Part shown: one piece after another, positions 1 to 9,500 of the stretch
How positions within the stretch are numbered: the stretch's first letter is position 1
Layout: every line of letters starts with the position of its first letter
From: Candidatus Omnitrophota bacterium
GTDB taxonomy: Bacteria; Omnitrophota; Gorgyraeia; B26-G9
Direction: 5' to 3'
Length of the DNA stretch: 64,000 nt
NCBI GenBank assembly: GCA_043814605.1
Contig: JBDRJV010000035.1
Span: 10,275 to 74,274 of the forward strand
Translations under genes and position numbers: made by a program
The notes under the pieces: generated by a model
What the model was told of the DNA's origin: nothing
Seen by the model: only the letters and a program-made list of their open reading frames with translations
Database searches by the model: none

Positions 1-237
1 TTTTGTTGATTTAATAACGCGGTTTTGTGCATGCCCCAGAATTAACGGCCCCCAGCTTAACACATAATCCAAATATTTGTTACCATCAACATCATAAATA
101 TATTGTCCTTGTCCTTTTTTTATAAATAAAGGATTCCCGCCTACAGCTTTAAATGCGCGTACCGGACTATTCACTCCGCCGGGGATGATTTTGATTGCTT
201 GTTTATATAGCGCTTTTGACTTGTTTGTTTTTTTCAT
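1..237 (-). CDS. hemL: Glutamate-1-semialdehyde 2,1-aminomutase, N-terminal part (gene runs off the window start)
   Basis: Minus-strand translation from the ATG at 235-237 gives [72 protein letters not shown], the conserved HemL N-terminus (SPVRAF..VGG..F....G....D.DGN.Y.DYV.SWGP.ILGH). It is absent from the ORF track because no stop codon falls inside the window. Confidence 0.85.
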   Translation of the reverse strand, partial: MKKTNKSKALYKQAIKIIPGGVNSPVRAFKAVGGNPLFIKKGQGQYIYDVDGNKYLDYVLSWGPLILGHAQNRVIKSTK

Positions 238-271
238 TTTTGCCTGCTCGTTTTTCTTAGCCTGCATCCTG

Positions 272-754
272 TTACTTGCAGCCTGAAGCCATAAAATATT
301 TTGTACTTATTTTCTTGAATTCTTTCAGTGTAAAAAGCATTTTATAATTCTTTACTTTAGCTTTATTTGAAATATCACTAATTACGTTAATACATTCCTG
401 TTGCGAGTTGCAATGAATCATTGTGTAAAAATTATAAGGCCAATCGCGATTTTTTCTTCTTAAATAACAATGACTGATTTGTTCTGTGCTTTTAATTATT
501 TTAACGATCTTACCAAGATTAGGCGCTGGCACAGACCAAACACACATACAGTTCGTTCTATAACCTATTTTTTTATGATCCAGGATTGCGCCAAACCTAC
601 GCAAAACTTTTAATTTTTTAAGTTTTTTAATCTCATATATTACCTTATCTTCACTTATCTTAAGTTTGAGGGCAATCTGTGCATAGGGATTGTCTTTTAC
701 GGCTAAATCCCCTTGCACAAAATTTACTATTTCCTTTTGAATTTTTGTTAACAT
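272..754 (-). CDS. AsnC/Lrp-fold protein, siroheme decarboxylase subunit-like (AhbA/AhbB, NirD/L/G/H family)
   Basis: 160 aa with an HTH_AsnC-like N-terminus ([54 protein letters not shown]) followed by a regulator-of-amino-acid-metabolism-like C-domain. It sits between hemL and a haem-type radical SAM gene, as in ahb clusters. Confidence 0.6.
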   Translation of the reverse strand: MLTKIQKEIVNFVQGDLAVKDNPYAQIALKLKISEDKVIYEIKKLKKLKVLRRFGAILDHKKIGYRTNCMCVWSVPAPNLGKIVKIIKSTEQISHCYLRRKNRDWPYNFYTMIHCNSQQECINVISDISNKAKVKNYKMLFTLKEFKKISTKYFMASGCK

Positions 755-1351
755 AAAAACATTTCCCTCTAAGGAACCCCCTTCGACAAAAGCTCAGGGT
801 AAACAGGAAATCTTCTGTGCTTAACTTAGGCTGCCAAAAAAAATACCAAACCTCAGAGAACACAGATATACACTGATAAATTTTGATAAACACAGATGTA
901 AACTATACATTATTTGTTCATCAAATATTATAAAATTATCCCTTAAAAATTTTTACTCTACCATTATCATTGCATTAAAATTATATGCTTGCTGGCGGCA
1001 TCTTTAACCGCCGCCATAGCTATATTAAATGCAAAGATAAAAAGAAAAATTCATTTTTCTTTTTTAGCTTTCATTTAATATATTACAGCTGTATATACAG
1101 CACAAGCATATAATTTTCTGCAAAAAAAACTTTTTTAATCCTTTTTTATTAATCCTGTTAATCTGCGAAAATCTGTGTCCTATTATTTACTTCCAACCTC
1201 GCCACTGTTCTCTTCTTTGAAAGCACTTGGCGGATTTATCTCGCCACTGTAAACTTAAAAAATGCGCTTGGCGGACTCCTGGCTTCTTGCCTTCCTACAC
1301 TCCATGAATATATTTTGAGTTCATGGTTTCCTTATAGAAGCATGGTTTTAA

Positions 1352-1870
1352 CTAAAATTTGAACTCAGTATTAATTTTAAATGTTTTTTCACTCGGTAAA
1401 ACAAGGATTTTTTCTACACCTTTACGCTTTTTAAACTCGAACAAAAATTGATTGATTTGTTTTTTTGTTCTAGCGGAAAATGTAAACCAAACATTATATT
1501 CATCTTTTCTGAGATAATTATGGGTGATATTATTAAAGGAATTAATAAAAGAAATATTTTTATTTAAATTCTGATCATCCAGCTTTGCGGCAATCAGCAC
1601 GCTTTTAAACCCTAAATGCCTGCCGGAAACAACTCCGCCAATACGGCGAATAATTCTTTTTTGTTTTAAATTTTTTATTTTAGTTAATAATCTTTTCTCG
1701 CTGATACTAAGTTTTTCGGCGATCAAGCGATAAGGGTTTTTTGTTAAAGGAAAATTATTTTGCAGTTCTTTGAGTATAATTTTATCCTCTTTCTTCATCT
1801 TTTGATTTTTCTCATCCTTCTTCCTGGCAACGCGGCCCTCACTCGTCTTTCCTGTATGATTAAGGTTCAT
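1352..1870 (-). CDS. Second AsnC/Lrp-fold siroheme decarboxylase subunit-like protein
   Basis: Paralogous fold (KIILKELQNNFPLTKNPYRLIAEKLSISEKRLLTKIKNLKQKRIIRRIGGVV). The start is either 1870, overlapping the upstream stop, or the internal MKKEDKII at 1798. Confidence 0.6.
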   Translation of the reverse strand: MNLNHTGKTSEGRVARKKDEKNQKMKKEDKIILKELQNNFPLTKNPYRLIAEKLSISEKRLLTKIKNLKQKRIIRRIGGVVSGRHLGFKSVLIAAKLDDQNLNKNISFINSFNNITHNYLRKDEYNVWFTFSARTKKQINQFLFEFKKRKGVEKILVLPSEKTFKINTEFKF

Positions 1871-2843
1871 ATGTACAGTTTAAATCACTCGCCAGATAAT
1901 TTCCATCTGATTGATAAAATGCTGCTGCCCGGCACCCGGCACAAATTGTCTTAAATTCACAAATACCGCATTTACCATCGAATTTCCGTTTTCTTAAATC
2001 TTTGACTACTTTGTTTTCCTGCCAAATTTTTTTAAACCCTTCTTTGCGTACATTGCCTAAACTTATCGGTATATACGGACAAGGGTGTACCTCTCCGTCC
2101 GGTAAAATACAGGCATAACTTATACCGGCTAAACAGCCTTTTTGAAAACGCGTTTGAATATTTTTTTGTTTTGCGATTCTCACAAATTGCGGAGCGCAAA
2201 CTGGTTTTAATTCTATTGGTACTGTTTTTTGTTTTGTTAAAATAAGTTCGATTAATTTCTCATATTCATTTGCATCCGGGATAACATCATCTATTTTTTT
2301 CCCCCGGCCAGTCGGTACAAGAAAGAAAATATGATGTGCTTTTGCTCCGAGATTTAGAGCAAAATCCGTAATTTTTAAAATTTCGTTAATATTTTTGGTG
2401 GTAACTGTTGTATGGACTTGAAATTCAAGATTTTGTTTTTTACAGGCCTTCATCCCTGCTACCGCTTTATCCCAAGCTCCAACTGCACAGCGGAATCTAT
2501 CGTGTTTTTCCTGATAAATAGAATCCAGGCTTATGCCCGCTCTTTTCAGTCCTGCTTGCTTTAAGGTTGTAACCACATAATCATCAATTAATGTTCCGTT
2601 TGTTCCTAATACACTAATTAGCCCGTTTTTTGCGGCAAAATTGATTAGTTTATAAACATCCGGCCGGAGCATGGGTTCGCCGCCTGAGAAAATAATCATA
2701 CGGAATCCTAATGATTTTAAATCTAAAAGCAGTTTTTCTCCCTCAAGAAGAGAGAGCTCATTGTTTTGAGCCTGGCCTGCGTCACGGTAGCAGTGTTCAC
2801 ATCTTAAATTACAGGCTTTCGTAATATTCCAGGATACTAACAT
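1860..2843 (-). CDS. Radical SAM/SPASM haem biosynthesis protein (AhbC/AhbD/NirJ family)
   Basis: CNLRCEHCY radical SAM motif near the N-terminus and a C-terminal Cys cluster (CGICEFKTICAGCRAAAF) typical of SPASM/twitch domains. I placed the start at the ATG at 2841-2843 (MLVSWNITKACNLRCEHCY). The track ORF begins at a TTG 192 nt upstream and would read through a GC-rich hairpin leader. Confidence 0.75.
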   Translation of the reverse strand: MLVSWNITKACNLRCEHCYRDAGQAQNNELSLLEGEKLLLDLKSLGFRMIIFSGGEPMLRPDVYKLINFAAKNGLISVLGTNGTLIDDYVVTTLKQAGLKRAGISLDSIYQEKHDRFRCAVGAWDKAVAGMKACKKQNLEFQVHTTVTTKNINEILKITDFALNLGAKAHHIFFLVPTGRGKKIDDVIPDANEYEKLIELILTKQKTVPIELKPVCAPQFVRIAKQKNIQTRFQKGCLAGISYACILPDGEVHPCPYIPISLGNVRKEGFKKIWQENKVVKDLRKRKFDGKCGICEFKTICAGCRAAAFYQSDGNYLASDLNCTYEP

Positions 2844-3038
2844 GTCTTCACTCTGTATATGTAATCTTAATAAAATATGGAACCCCCACGGGCTAAAGCC
2901 CGTGGTTCCTGGGGTGGAATACTCAAGCGGCCTCCTTTTATCCGCGCCATAAATGGACGCGGTTTTCGGCCGCGGATGTATAAAAACGGGCACGGAAACC
3001 GTGCCCCTACAATAGGCAACAATATGAGAAATCAAAAA
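2844..3038 (-). promoter_or_regulatory. Structured GC-rich leader between hemB and the radical SAM gene: hemB terminator plus attenuator-like hairpins
   Basis: Read on the minus strand: the stem gggcacgg/ccgtgccc (2988-3006) is followed by GTTTTTATA, a rho-independent terminator for hemB. Two mutually exclusive stems follow (2940-2946/2971-2977 versus 2958-2962/2970-2974). A perfect AAGGAGG lies at 2931-2937. A third hairpin ccacgggc/gcccgtgg (2886-2905) is followed by ATATTTTATT. The region is GC-rich within an AT-rich genome. Confidence 0.5.
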
Positions 3039-4076
3039 CTACAGCAGAAATTTTCCGCTGATCCAACGCGCAACATCCTTTGCATGATAGGTAATAATTA
3101 GATTTGCTCCGGCTCTCCTCATGCTTAATAAACTTTCGAGAATTATTTCCTTTTCATCCAGCCACCCCAGAGAACCCGCGGCACGGACCATTGCAAATTC
3201 ACCACTTACATTATAAACAGCAATCGGCGTGTTAAATTTATCTTTGGCTCGGGCAACAATATCTAAATAAGCTAATGCCGGCTTTATCATAACAATATCT
3301 GCACCTTCTTGAATATCTAATTCGATCTCACGCAAAGCTTCATTACAATTGGCCGGATTCATCTGATATGTTTTGCGATTACCCGATTCCGGTGATGATT
3401 TAGCTATATCGCGAAACGGGCCATAGAAACTTGAGGCAAATTTAGCACTGTAAGCCATTATCGGAATATGTTTAAAATTATTGGCATCTAAATTTTTGCG
3501 AATCGCACTAACCTGCCCGTCCATCATACTGCTGGGGGCCACCATATCCACACCCGCCTCAGCATGAGAAAGCGCCATCTTGGCTAATAATTCACAGGTT
3601 GCATCATTATAAACAACTAATTCTTGTGCCTGCTTTGTTCCATTTTCATCATCGTCTTTACTTATGGCGATTTTACTCACAATCCCGCAATGTCCGGAAT
3701 CAGTATAAGCGCAAAGGCAAACATCCGTAATCACCAAAAGATTCGGATATTTTTCTTTAATTGCTTTAATTGCAGTTTGAACAATGCCATTTTTCGCATA
3801 AGCAGCTGTTGCCCGCTCATCCTTGCGTTCGGGGATACCAAAAATCATTACTGCTTGAATATGCAGTTCATTAATCTCTTTAATTTCTTTTAGCAAATTA
3901 TCCACGGATAATCTAAAAATTCCGGGCATGGATTCTATTGCTTCTTTTTTGTTTTTACCCTCAATCACAAATACAGGATAAACTAAAGAACGCACATTTA
4001 ATTCTGTTTCTTGAAACATATCCCGTATTGTTTTGTTATTTCTTAACCTGCGTAATCTTGTTACTGGATAATACAT
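3039..4076 (-). CDS. hemB: Porphobilinogen synthase (delta-aminolevulinate dehydratase)
   Basis: 345 aa, MYYPVTRLRRLRNNKTIRDMFQETELNVRSLVYPVFV with the active-site Lys region and metal-binding Cys of HemB. A GGAGG sits 5 nt upstream of the ATG. Confidence 0.9.
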   Translation of the reverse strand: MYYPVTRLRRLRNNKTIRDMFQETELNVRSLVYPVFVIEGKNKKEAIESMPGIFRLSVDNLLKEIKEINELHIQAVMIFGIPERKDERATAAYAKNGIVQTAIKAIKEKYPNLLVITDVCLCAYTDSGHCGIVSKIAISKDDDENGTKQAQELVVYNDATCELLAKMALSHAEAGVDMVAPSSMMDGQVSAIRKNLDANNFKHIPIMAYSAKFASSFYGPFRDIAKSSPESGNRKTYQMNPANCNEALREIELDIQEGADIVMIKPALAYLDIVARAKDKFNTPIAVYNVSGEFAMVRAAGSLGWLDEKEIILESLLSMRRAGANLIITYHAKDVARWISGKFLL

Positions 4077-4138
4077 ATATCCTCCATAATTAAATTACTA
4101 ATTAATTCCAAATGACAAATTTATCTTTTATTAATTAC

Positions 4139-4159
4139 GGGAGGGGACAAGCCCCTCCC
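4139..4159. terminator. GC hairpin gggagggg-acaag-cccctccc in the trkH-hemB spacer
   Basis: 8-bp perfect stem with a 5-nt loop, followed on the plus strand by a T-rich run. On the minus strand it lies about 115 nt past the trkH stop. Its direction of action is ambiguous. Confidence 0.3.
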
Positions 4160-4274
4160 CTACAATTTGTTTGTTTTCTGCCAAACTACTTGGTAGATCC
4201 GCTATGTTTTTTGGCGGAGACATTTATTTGGTATTTGCTTATTTGGCATTTGTCATTCCGATAATATTATCGGG

Positions 4275-6014
4275 TTACCCCACCATCAACTTTTCTTCGG
4301 CATAAGTATAATTTATTTTCCGTTTATACCCGGCAAAGGCTAAAACCGCAGTTAACGGCCCGAGCCGGCCTAAGAACATCAATATTGTAATTAAAAGTTT
4401 GCCCGGCACATGCAAACTGCCCGTAATCCCGCAGGAAAGACCGACGGTGCCAAAAGCCGAAACCACTTCGAAAATTAAATCCCGGAATGAAATTTGTGTT
4501 TCATAGCAAGAAACCAAGTACATAAAAACTATTACTAAAGCTAAAGATAAAACAAATATTGCTATTGATTTTCCGACAATAGAATCCGGTATTTTTCGCT
4601 TAAACACACTAATATTATCTTTATTTTTTAAATTACTAAAAAATGATTCAATAATCACCCAAAAAGTTGTGGTTTTTATTCCGCCGCCTGTAGAGCCCGC
4701 CGATGCGCCGATAAACATTAATATAATGATCACAAATAAGCTGGCATTATTCATCCGGCCGATATCTACAGTATTAAAACCTGCGGTTCTTGCGGATACG
4801 GATTGAAAAAAACTGATGAGTATCTGGTCGCGAAAAGGCATGCCTTTTAAAATTTGGTTATACTCGGCAAAATAAATAAACACTGTCCCGGCAATCAATA
4901 AAATTATGGTCATGACTAAAACTAATTTAGTGTGTAATTTTAACCCAATACTTTTTGGCCGTTCGTCTTTGATATATTTATCACGAATATCTTTAACCAC
5001 AATAAACCCTAAACCGCCAAAAATAATTAAAAATGAAATTGTCAGATTAATTGTCACATCCCGGGAGAACTTCATCAAGCTATCCGGAAAAACCGAAAAT
5101 CCGGCATTACAAAATGCAGATATTGAATGAAACACAGATACATACATCCGCTGCCCCGGATCACTAATGTAAGGTTCAAATCCAAAATACAAAAATATTG
5201 TCCCGAGCAATTCAATGATTATTGTCATTTTCGCAATAAAAATAACTAGCTCTAAAATCCCGGCAATACTATCCTGATCTAATACATCCTGCATGGCCAT
5301 AGCTTCTCTATTCGATATTGATTTGCCGGCAGCTAAAAACAGCGTTACCGAAAAAGTCATAATTCCCAAAGCCCCAACTTGAATCAGCAAAAGAATTACG
5401 CATTGGCCAAACAAACTAAAAAAATTTCCGGTATCCTGAACAATCAATCCGGTAACACAAGTTGCGGAAGTTGCCGTAAATAAAGCGTCAACAAAACTCA
5501 AGCCTTCTCCGTTTTTTGTAGACAAAGGCAGGGTTAATAAAACTGCGCCTAAAAGAATCGTCATCAAAAAACTGACCGCTAATAATTGAGCGGGCTTTAA
5601 TCCCAAAAGGCTGATAATTTTCTCAATAACTTTTTTACGGAAACACTGCCTTAAGAATATTAGAGCCTGATGAATAATTACAAATAAACAGGCTGTATAA
5701 ATACCTTTTAAAAAATACAGGCAGGGAATAATCACAATAAAATCAAGCCAATAATTCTTAAAATATTCTTTTTTAGGTTTAACTGTAAAAAACCGTAATA
5801 AAGCCGTAATTGTAAAGATACATAAAACTGTAAAATCAATTAAATTTTTATGTATAGGGTGAATATCCAGGATAGGAATAGCCGAATGCAACGCCAGGAT
5901 AAGCAAAGAAAAAACTGCCGTAATTGCCAGTATTGTTCTCAGAATAAATTGTAATGCATTGTTTTTTTTACCCATATTATTCCCGGGATTCTCACAGCAG
6001 AGATTCATCAGCAA
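4275..6014 (-). CDS. TrkH/KtrB-family cation (K+) transporter membrane subunit
   Basis: Multi-pass membrane protein carrying the family filter-like motifs SARTAGFNTVDIG and GSTGGGIKTTTF. Confidence 0.6.
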   Translation of the reverse strand: MLMNLCCENPGNNMGKKNNALQFILRTILAITAVFSLLILALHSAIPILDIHPIHKNLIDFTVLCIFTITALLRFFTVKPKKEYFKNYWLDFIVIIPCLYFLKGIYTACLFVIIHQALIFLRQCFRKKVIEKIISLLGLKPAQLLAVSFLMTILLGAVLLTLPLSTKNGEGLSFVDALFTATSATCVTGLIVQDTGNFFSLFGQCVILLLIQVGALGIMTFSVTLFLAAGKSISNREAMAMQDVLDQDSIAGILELVIFIAKMTIIIELLGTIFLYFGFEPYISDPGQRMYVSVFHSISAFCNAGFSVFPDSLMKFSRDVTINLTISFLIIFGGLGFIVVKDIRDKYIKDERPKSIGLKLHTKLVLVMTIILLIAGTVFIYFAEYNQILKGMPFRDQILISFFQSVSARTAGFNTVDIGRMNNASLFVIIILMFIGASAGSTGGGIKTTTFWVIIESFFSNLKNKDNISVFKRKIPDSIVGKSIAIFVLSLALVIVFMYLVSCYETQISFRDLIFEVVSAFGTVGLSCGITGSLHVPGKLLITILMFLGRLGPLTAVLAFAGYKRKINYTYAEEKLMVG

Positions 6015-6017
6015 TAT

Positions 6018-6323
6018 TTACTTTAAGTTATACGATATATGAAATAGCATCCCTACCAATGACTTTTGTAAAAAAACTATAATAAAAAATGCCAAAAGCG
6101 GCGATAAATCTATATGAATTTGCATCGTTAAAGGCATTAACAACTGCCTTAATGGCTCTAAAACCGGATCAGTCATCCGGCGCAAAAACACAACAATCGG
6201 GTTATACGGGTCCGGATTAACCCAGCTAATCAAGGCCCGGATTAAAATCATCCAGTAAAGACAGGTTAGCCCTAAACCCAGTACTGTAGCTAATCCATCT
6301 AATATATAGGCAATAATAAACAT
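6018..6323 (-). CDS. yggT: YggT-family small membrane protein
   Basis: 101 aa, ISWVNPDPYNPIVVFLRRMTDPVLEPLR matches the YggT/Ycf19 signature. Confidence 0.65.
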   Translation of the reverse strand: MFIIAYILDGLATVLGLGLTCLYWMILIRALISWVNPDPYNPIVVFLRRMTDPVLEPLRQLLMPLTMQIHIDLSPLLAFFIIVFLQKSLVGMLFHISYNLK

Positions 6324-6555
6324 AATTATTTGCTTAATTTCTCATCTAATCCAGTCTTAAAAATAAGAAAAAGTCAGTATTTTTAGTATAACGAGTATAC
6401 TAAGAAAAATCAATAAATTTCTCTTATAAGTAATTTAAGGTAAGATTAGTATTTTTATGGGGTTAGTGTAACCAATGTCTGTTATTAATAACTTACTTAT
6501 ATTAAAAACAGTAAAAATTTTAACTAAAGGAGGTTAATGGAGTTACTAAGATTTA

Positions 6556-9500
6556 TTATATTGCCTGTTCAATAATTATATCTGGATAAGATAACTCAGG
6601 GGCAAACCACTTTTGAGGAAGATTCATCTCTGGCAGAAAACGAGGTATTGAGGGAATTCCTTTCCCTGAACGAATACTTTCTGAGAAAATTTCATCTACT
6701 GTTCTATCATCGCTTATAAATGCATTGTCCGCTTCTCTTTGAATCTGATTATTAATTCTATTAACTTCACTTTCCAGAGCTTCTTTTAAATTGTAAAATT
6801 TTTTATCCTTAAAAAACTCATTAAAAATTTTGTTTAAATTTTTTGTATTAATATGCCTTATAAACTCCTTCACATAAGCAACTTCGGCAATTCCTATGCT
6901 GGGAATAATCTCGCCTTTTTGAGCTGCTTTACAATAAGCTGCATAAAGTAAAAATTCAGGGCTTGATGCCAATGTTCCGCAAAGTGTTAACGGATAATTA
7001 TATTTTTTAGAATTTGACAGCAAAATATTTAAAGCATCTATCAAATCTGGGCTCAGCTGATTAAGAATTTCACTCATGCCTACAGTTCCTCTTTCTACCT
7101 TTTCTCCGCGATGTACAGCTAAAAATGTTATTAAATCATTGGTTCCAATACTGCCAAAATCAGAAATTTCCATTAAACTAGAACTAGACAAAACAGAACT
7201 TGTAGTTTCAAACATCAGGCCTATTTGAAAACCTTTTATATCTTCTTCAGATATTTTAATATAACTAGGGTCTTCTTCCTCTCTCTTATTTTCATCTTTT
7301 TCTAATAATTCTGTTTCAGCTTTCTTGACAAGGTCCCTTTCTCTGACCAATTCATCAACAGTTGAAACCATGGGAAAAAATACTTTAATTACTCCATGTT
7401 CTGCATAAACCCGCATAGCTGCTTTAATCAGATTTTTTGTTATTCTTTGTCCCACAGCATCATCAAGTATAAACTCAATCCCCTGGAGTTTATCATCCAC
7501 GCGTTCCTGATCATTAACTTCATCTTCTGTAAGCACTAAATCATAAAAATCCTTTACATCCGCATCCGCAGCCCGGGAAAGCTGGCGGTCCGGCATTCTC
7601 ACGCTTAATGATTTAACTTTAGATTGAATAATAATATCTTTAAATATTTCTATCCATTTATCTTCTGGGATATCGCTTTCAAAACGCTGGAATTCATTTT
7701 CTGTCCGATATAAAGCAATTCCATCCACGCCAATTTTATCAAACTGCGTCGCTCCTTCAAACCCGTCTAAATTAACCATCAAAGACATTTCTGTTCCGTC
7801 TTTTGTCTTGACCGGGTCAAGTATTTTATTTTTACAATATTTTTCTCTAGCCACTGCGTCTTTCTGGATTGCTATTGCTTTTTTCTTATCCATATCATTA
7901 GGGTTAATTATTAAACTATGGTCTTTTGTATTTAAAATAGCTACTTCCCCGCCCTCAATTGCTTCCAGCGTCGAAACTCTGACTCCATTAATTGTTGTTG
8001 ACGCTTCTGCAATAATGGGAAAACCCTCCCCCTTAGCAACCAATGAATAATGTTTTAATCCTTTCCGGGTAACTATTCCTACACAATTCGGATAAAGTTT
8101 TCTTATTCTCCAATATTCAGGGATACTGCCAATATCCTGTGGTAATAAGAGAATAAATGCGGATTCTTTTGGGGCATTATTAATTTTTATAGATACTTTA
8201 TCACTTTCTGAGTAATCTTTTTTACTTTTTTTCAATTTGTACAATCGATACAATTCATTTGCAGCAGTTGCGTTTTCTATAGCTGAATTAATAACTACAC
8301 TATTAGGATTAATACTGTGTACAGCAAGCGGCTGAGTCCCAGAAAAAATTGCTCGTTCTACAGAGTAATTCTTATTACGCATAAGATATAATGTTTTCCA
8401 AGTTAGATTTTGCAAACTTCCTTTAAAACTTTTACATGTAGCAATTATATTACTATTATATTCGTTAAACTCCTTGCTTTTTTCTCCATATTTCTTTTTA
8501 ATTTTATTAAGCTCTAAAGTATATTTTTTAAGTTTTTCAGAATATTCTTTATCAATTTCCAAAAATGTATCAATTAAAAATTTTTCTTCTTCATTTTTTG
8601 GATTTAAATTTTCATCCGCTTCCATTATTTTATATAACACTTTAGAAATATCAATTGCAGCAGAAAAAATTTCATTATTTAAATCAGCATTATCGCTTTC
8701 ATTTTCTGTAAAATTCATTATTTCTGAAAGAAATTTTACTATTGGGGATTTTTTTGTTTCATGCGCATAATCAACGCTTAGACTAAATGCTTTATTAAAT
8801 AATGATTTTACTTCATTTCTATATTGATGATTTTTGTCTTCCAAATTTTTAATGATATTTGATATTGCTTTTCCTAAATCATCAATATCCTGTATTATAT
8901 TTTGGGAAGTATAACCCTTAAGAGGATAAGACAAATATTTAGGATCTTCTTCAGCTTTAACCATTATTCCAGAATAACAGTTGGGAGGAGTTTTGTTAGA
9001 TACTCCGTTTACAGAAAAACCTTTTTTCATTGTTTCTCGCATTTCTTCAGTTATCAACTGGATTTTTCTTCTTTTCTCGTCGCGGTTTTTTGCAATAGTT
9101 CCTAAATTTATTTGTTTTCCTTTCATCTGATCCATACTTATCAAATTTTTTTCCTTACCAAATAAATTGCTTTTTATTGCATCAATATTTAATCCTTTTT
9201 TATCTGCTTTTTCTTCAGTTGAAATTTCATGCATTTCTATAAACATTATTCCCAAATCATCCTCAGCTAAATTTTCATTTGTTTTAAATGTTGCGCTTGT
9301 GTCCTTATAAGTATTACCTTTTAATGTTTTTTCTATAAATTCAGAAATTTTTCCCTTTACTCCCGCTTCATTTTTATAGACAACAAATGATTCTGTAAAT
9401 TCCTGTCCTTCAATACTCACATTTCTTAAAGTAAGTATAAATTTCTGTTCCTGATTTTTGTTATTCAAAATATTTTTAATCATCTCATTAATAGAAATAA

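Noticed and set aside
660-893. 77-aa minus-strand ORF overlapping the start of the ahbA-like gene
   Set aside because: It overlaps a well-supported gene out of frame, has a Cys/Arg-rich low-complexity translation and a TTG-type start. It is most likely spurious.
2876-3012. GC-rich multi-hairpin region considered as a tRNA or other small stable RNA gene
   Set aside because: I could not fit a cloverleaf. There is no 7-bp acceptor stem with a matching 3' end, no T-loop GTTCRANYC and no D-loop consensus. On the minus strand the hairpins make better sense as the hemB terminator plus an attenuator-like leader.
1860-3035. ORF-track call of a 391-aa radical SAM protein starting at 3035
   Set aside because: The first 64 codons start from a TTG, run through the hemB terminator hairpin and the GC-rich leader, and have no similarity to radical SAM N-termini. 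The conserved CNLRCEHCY motif follows the internal ATG at 2841-2843, which I take as the start.
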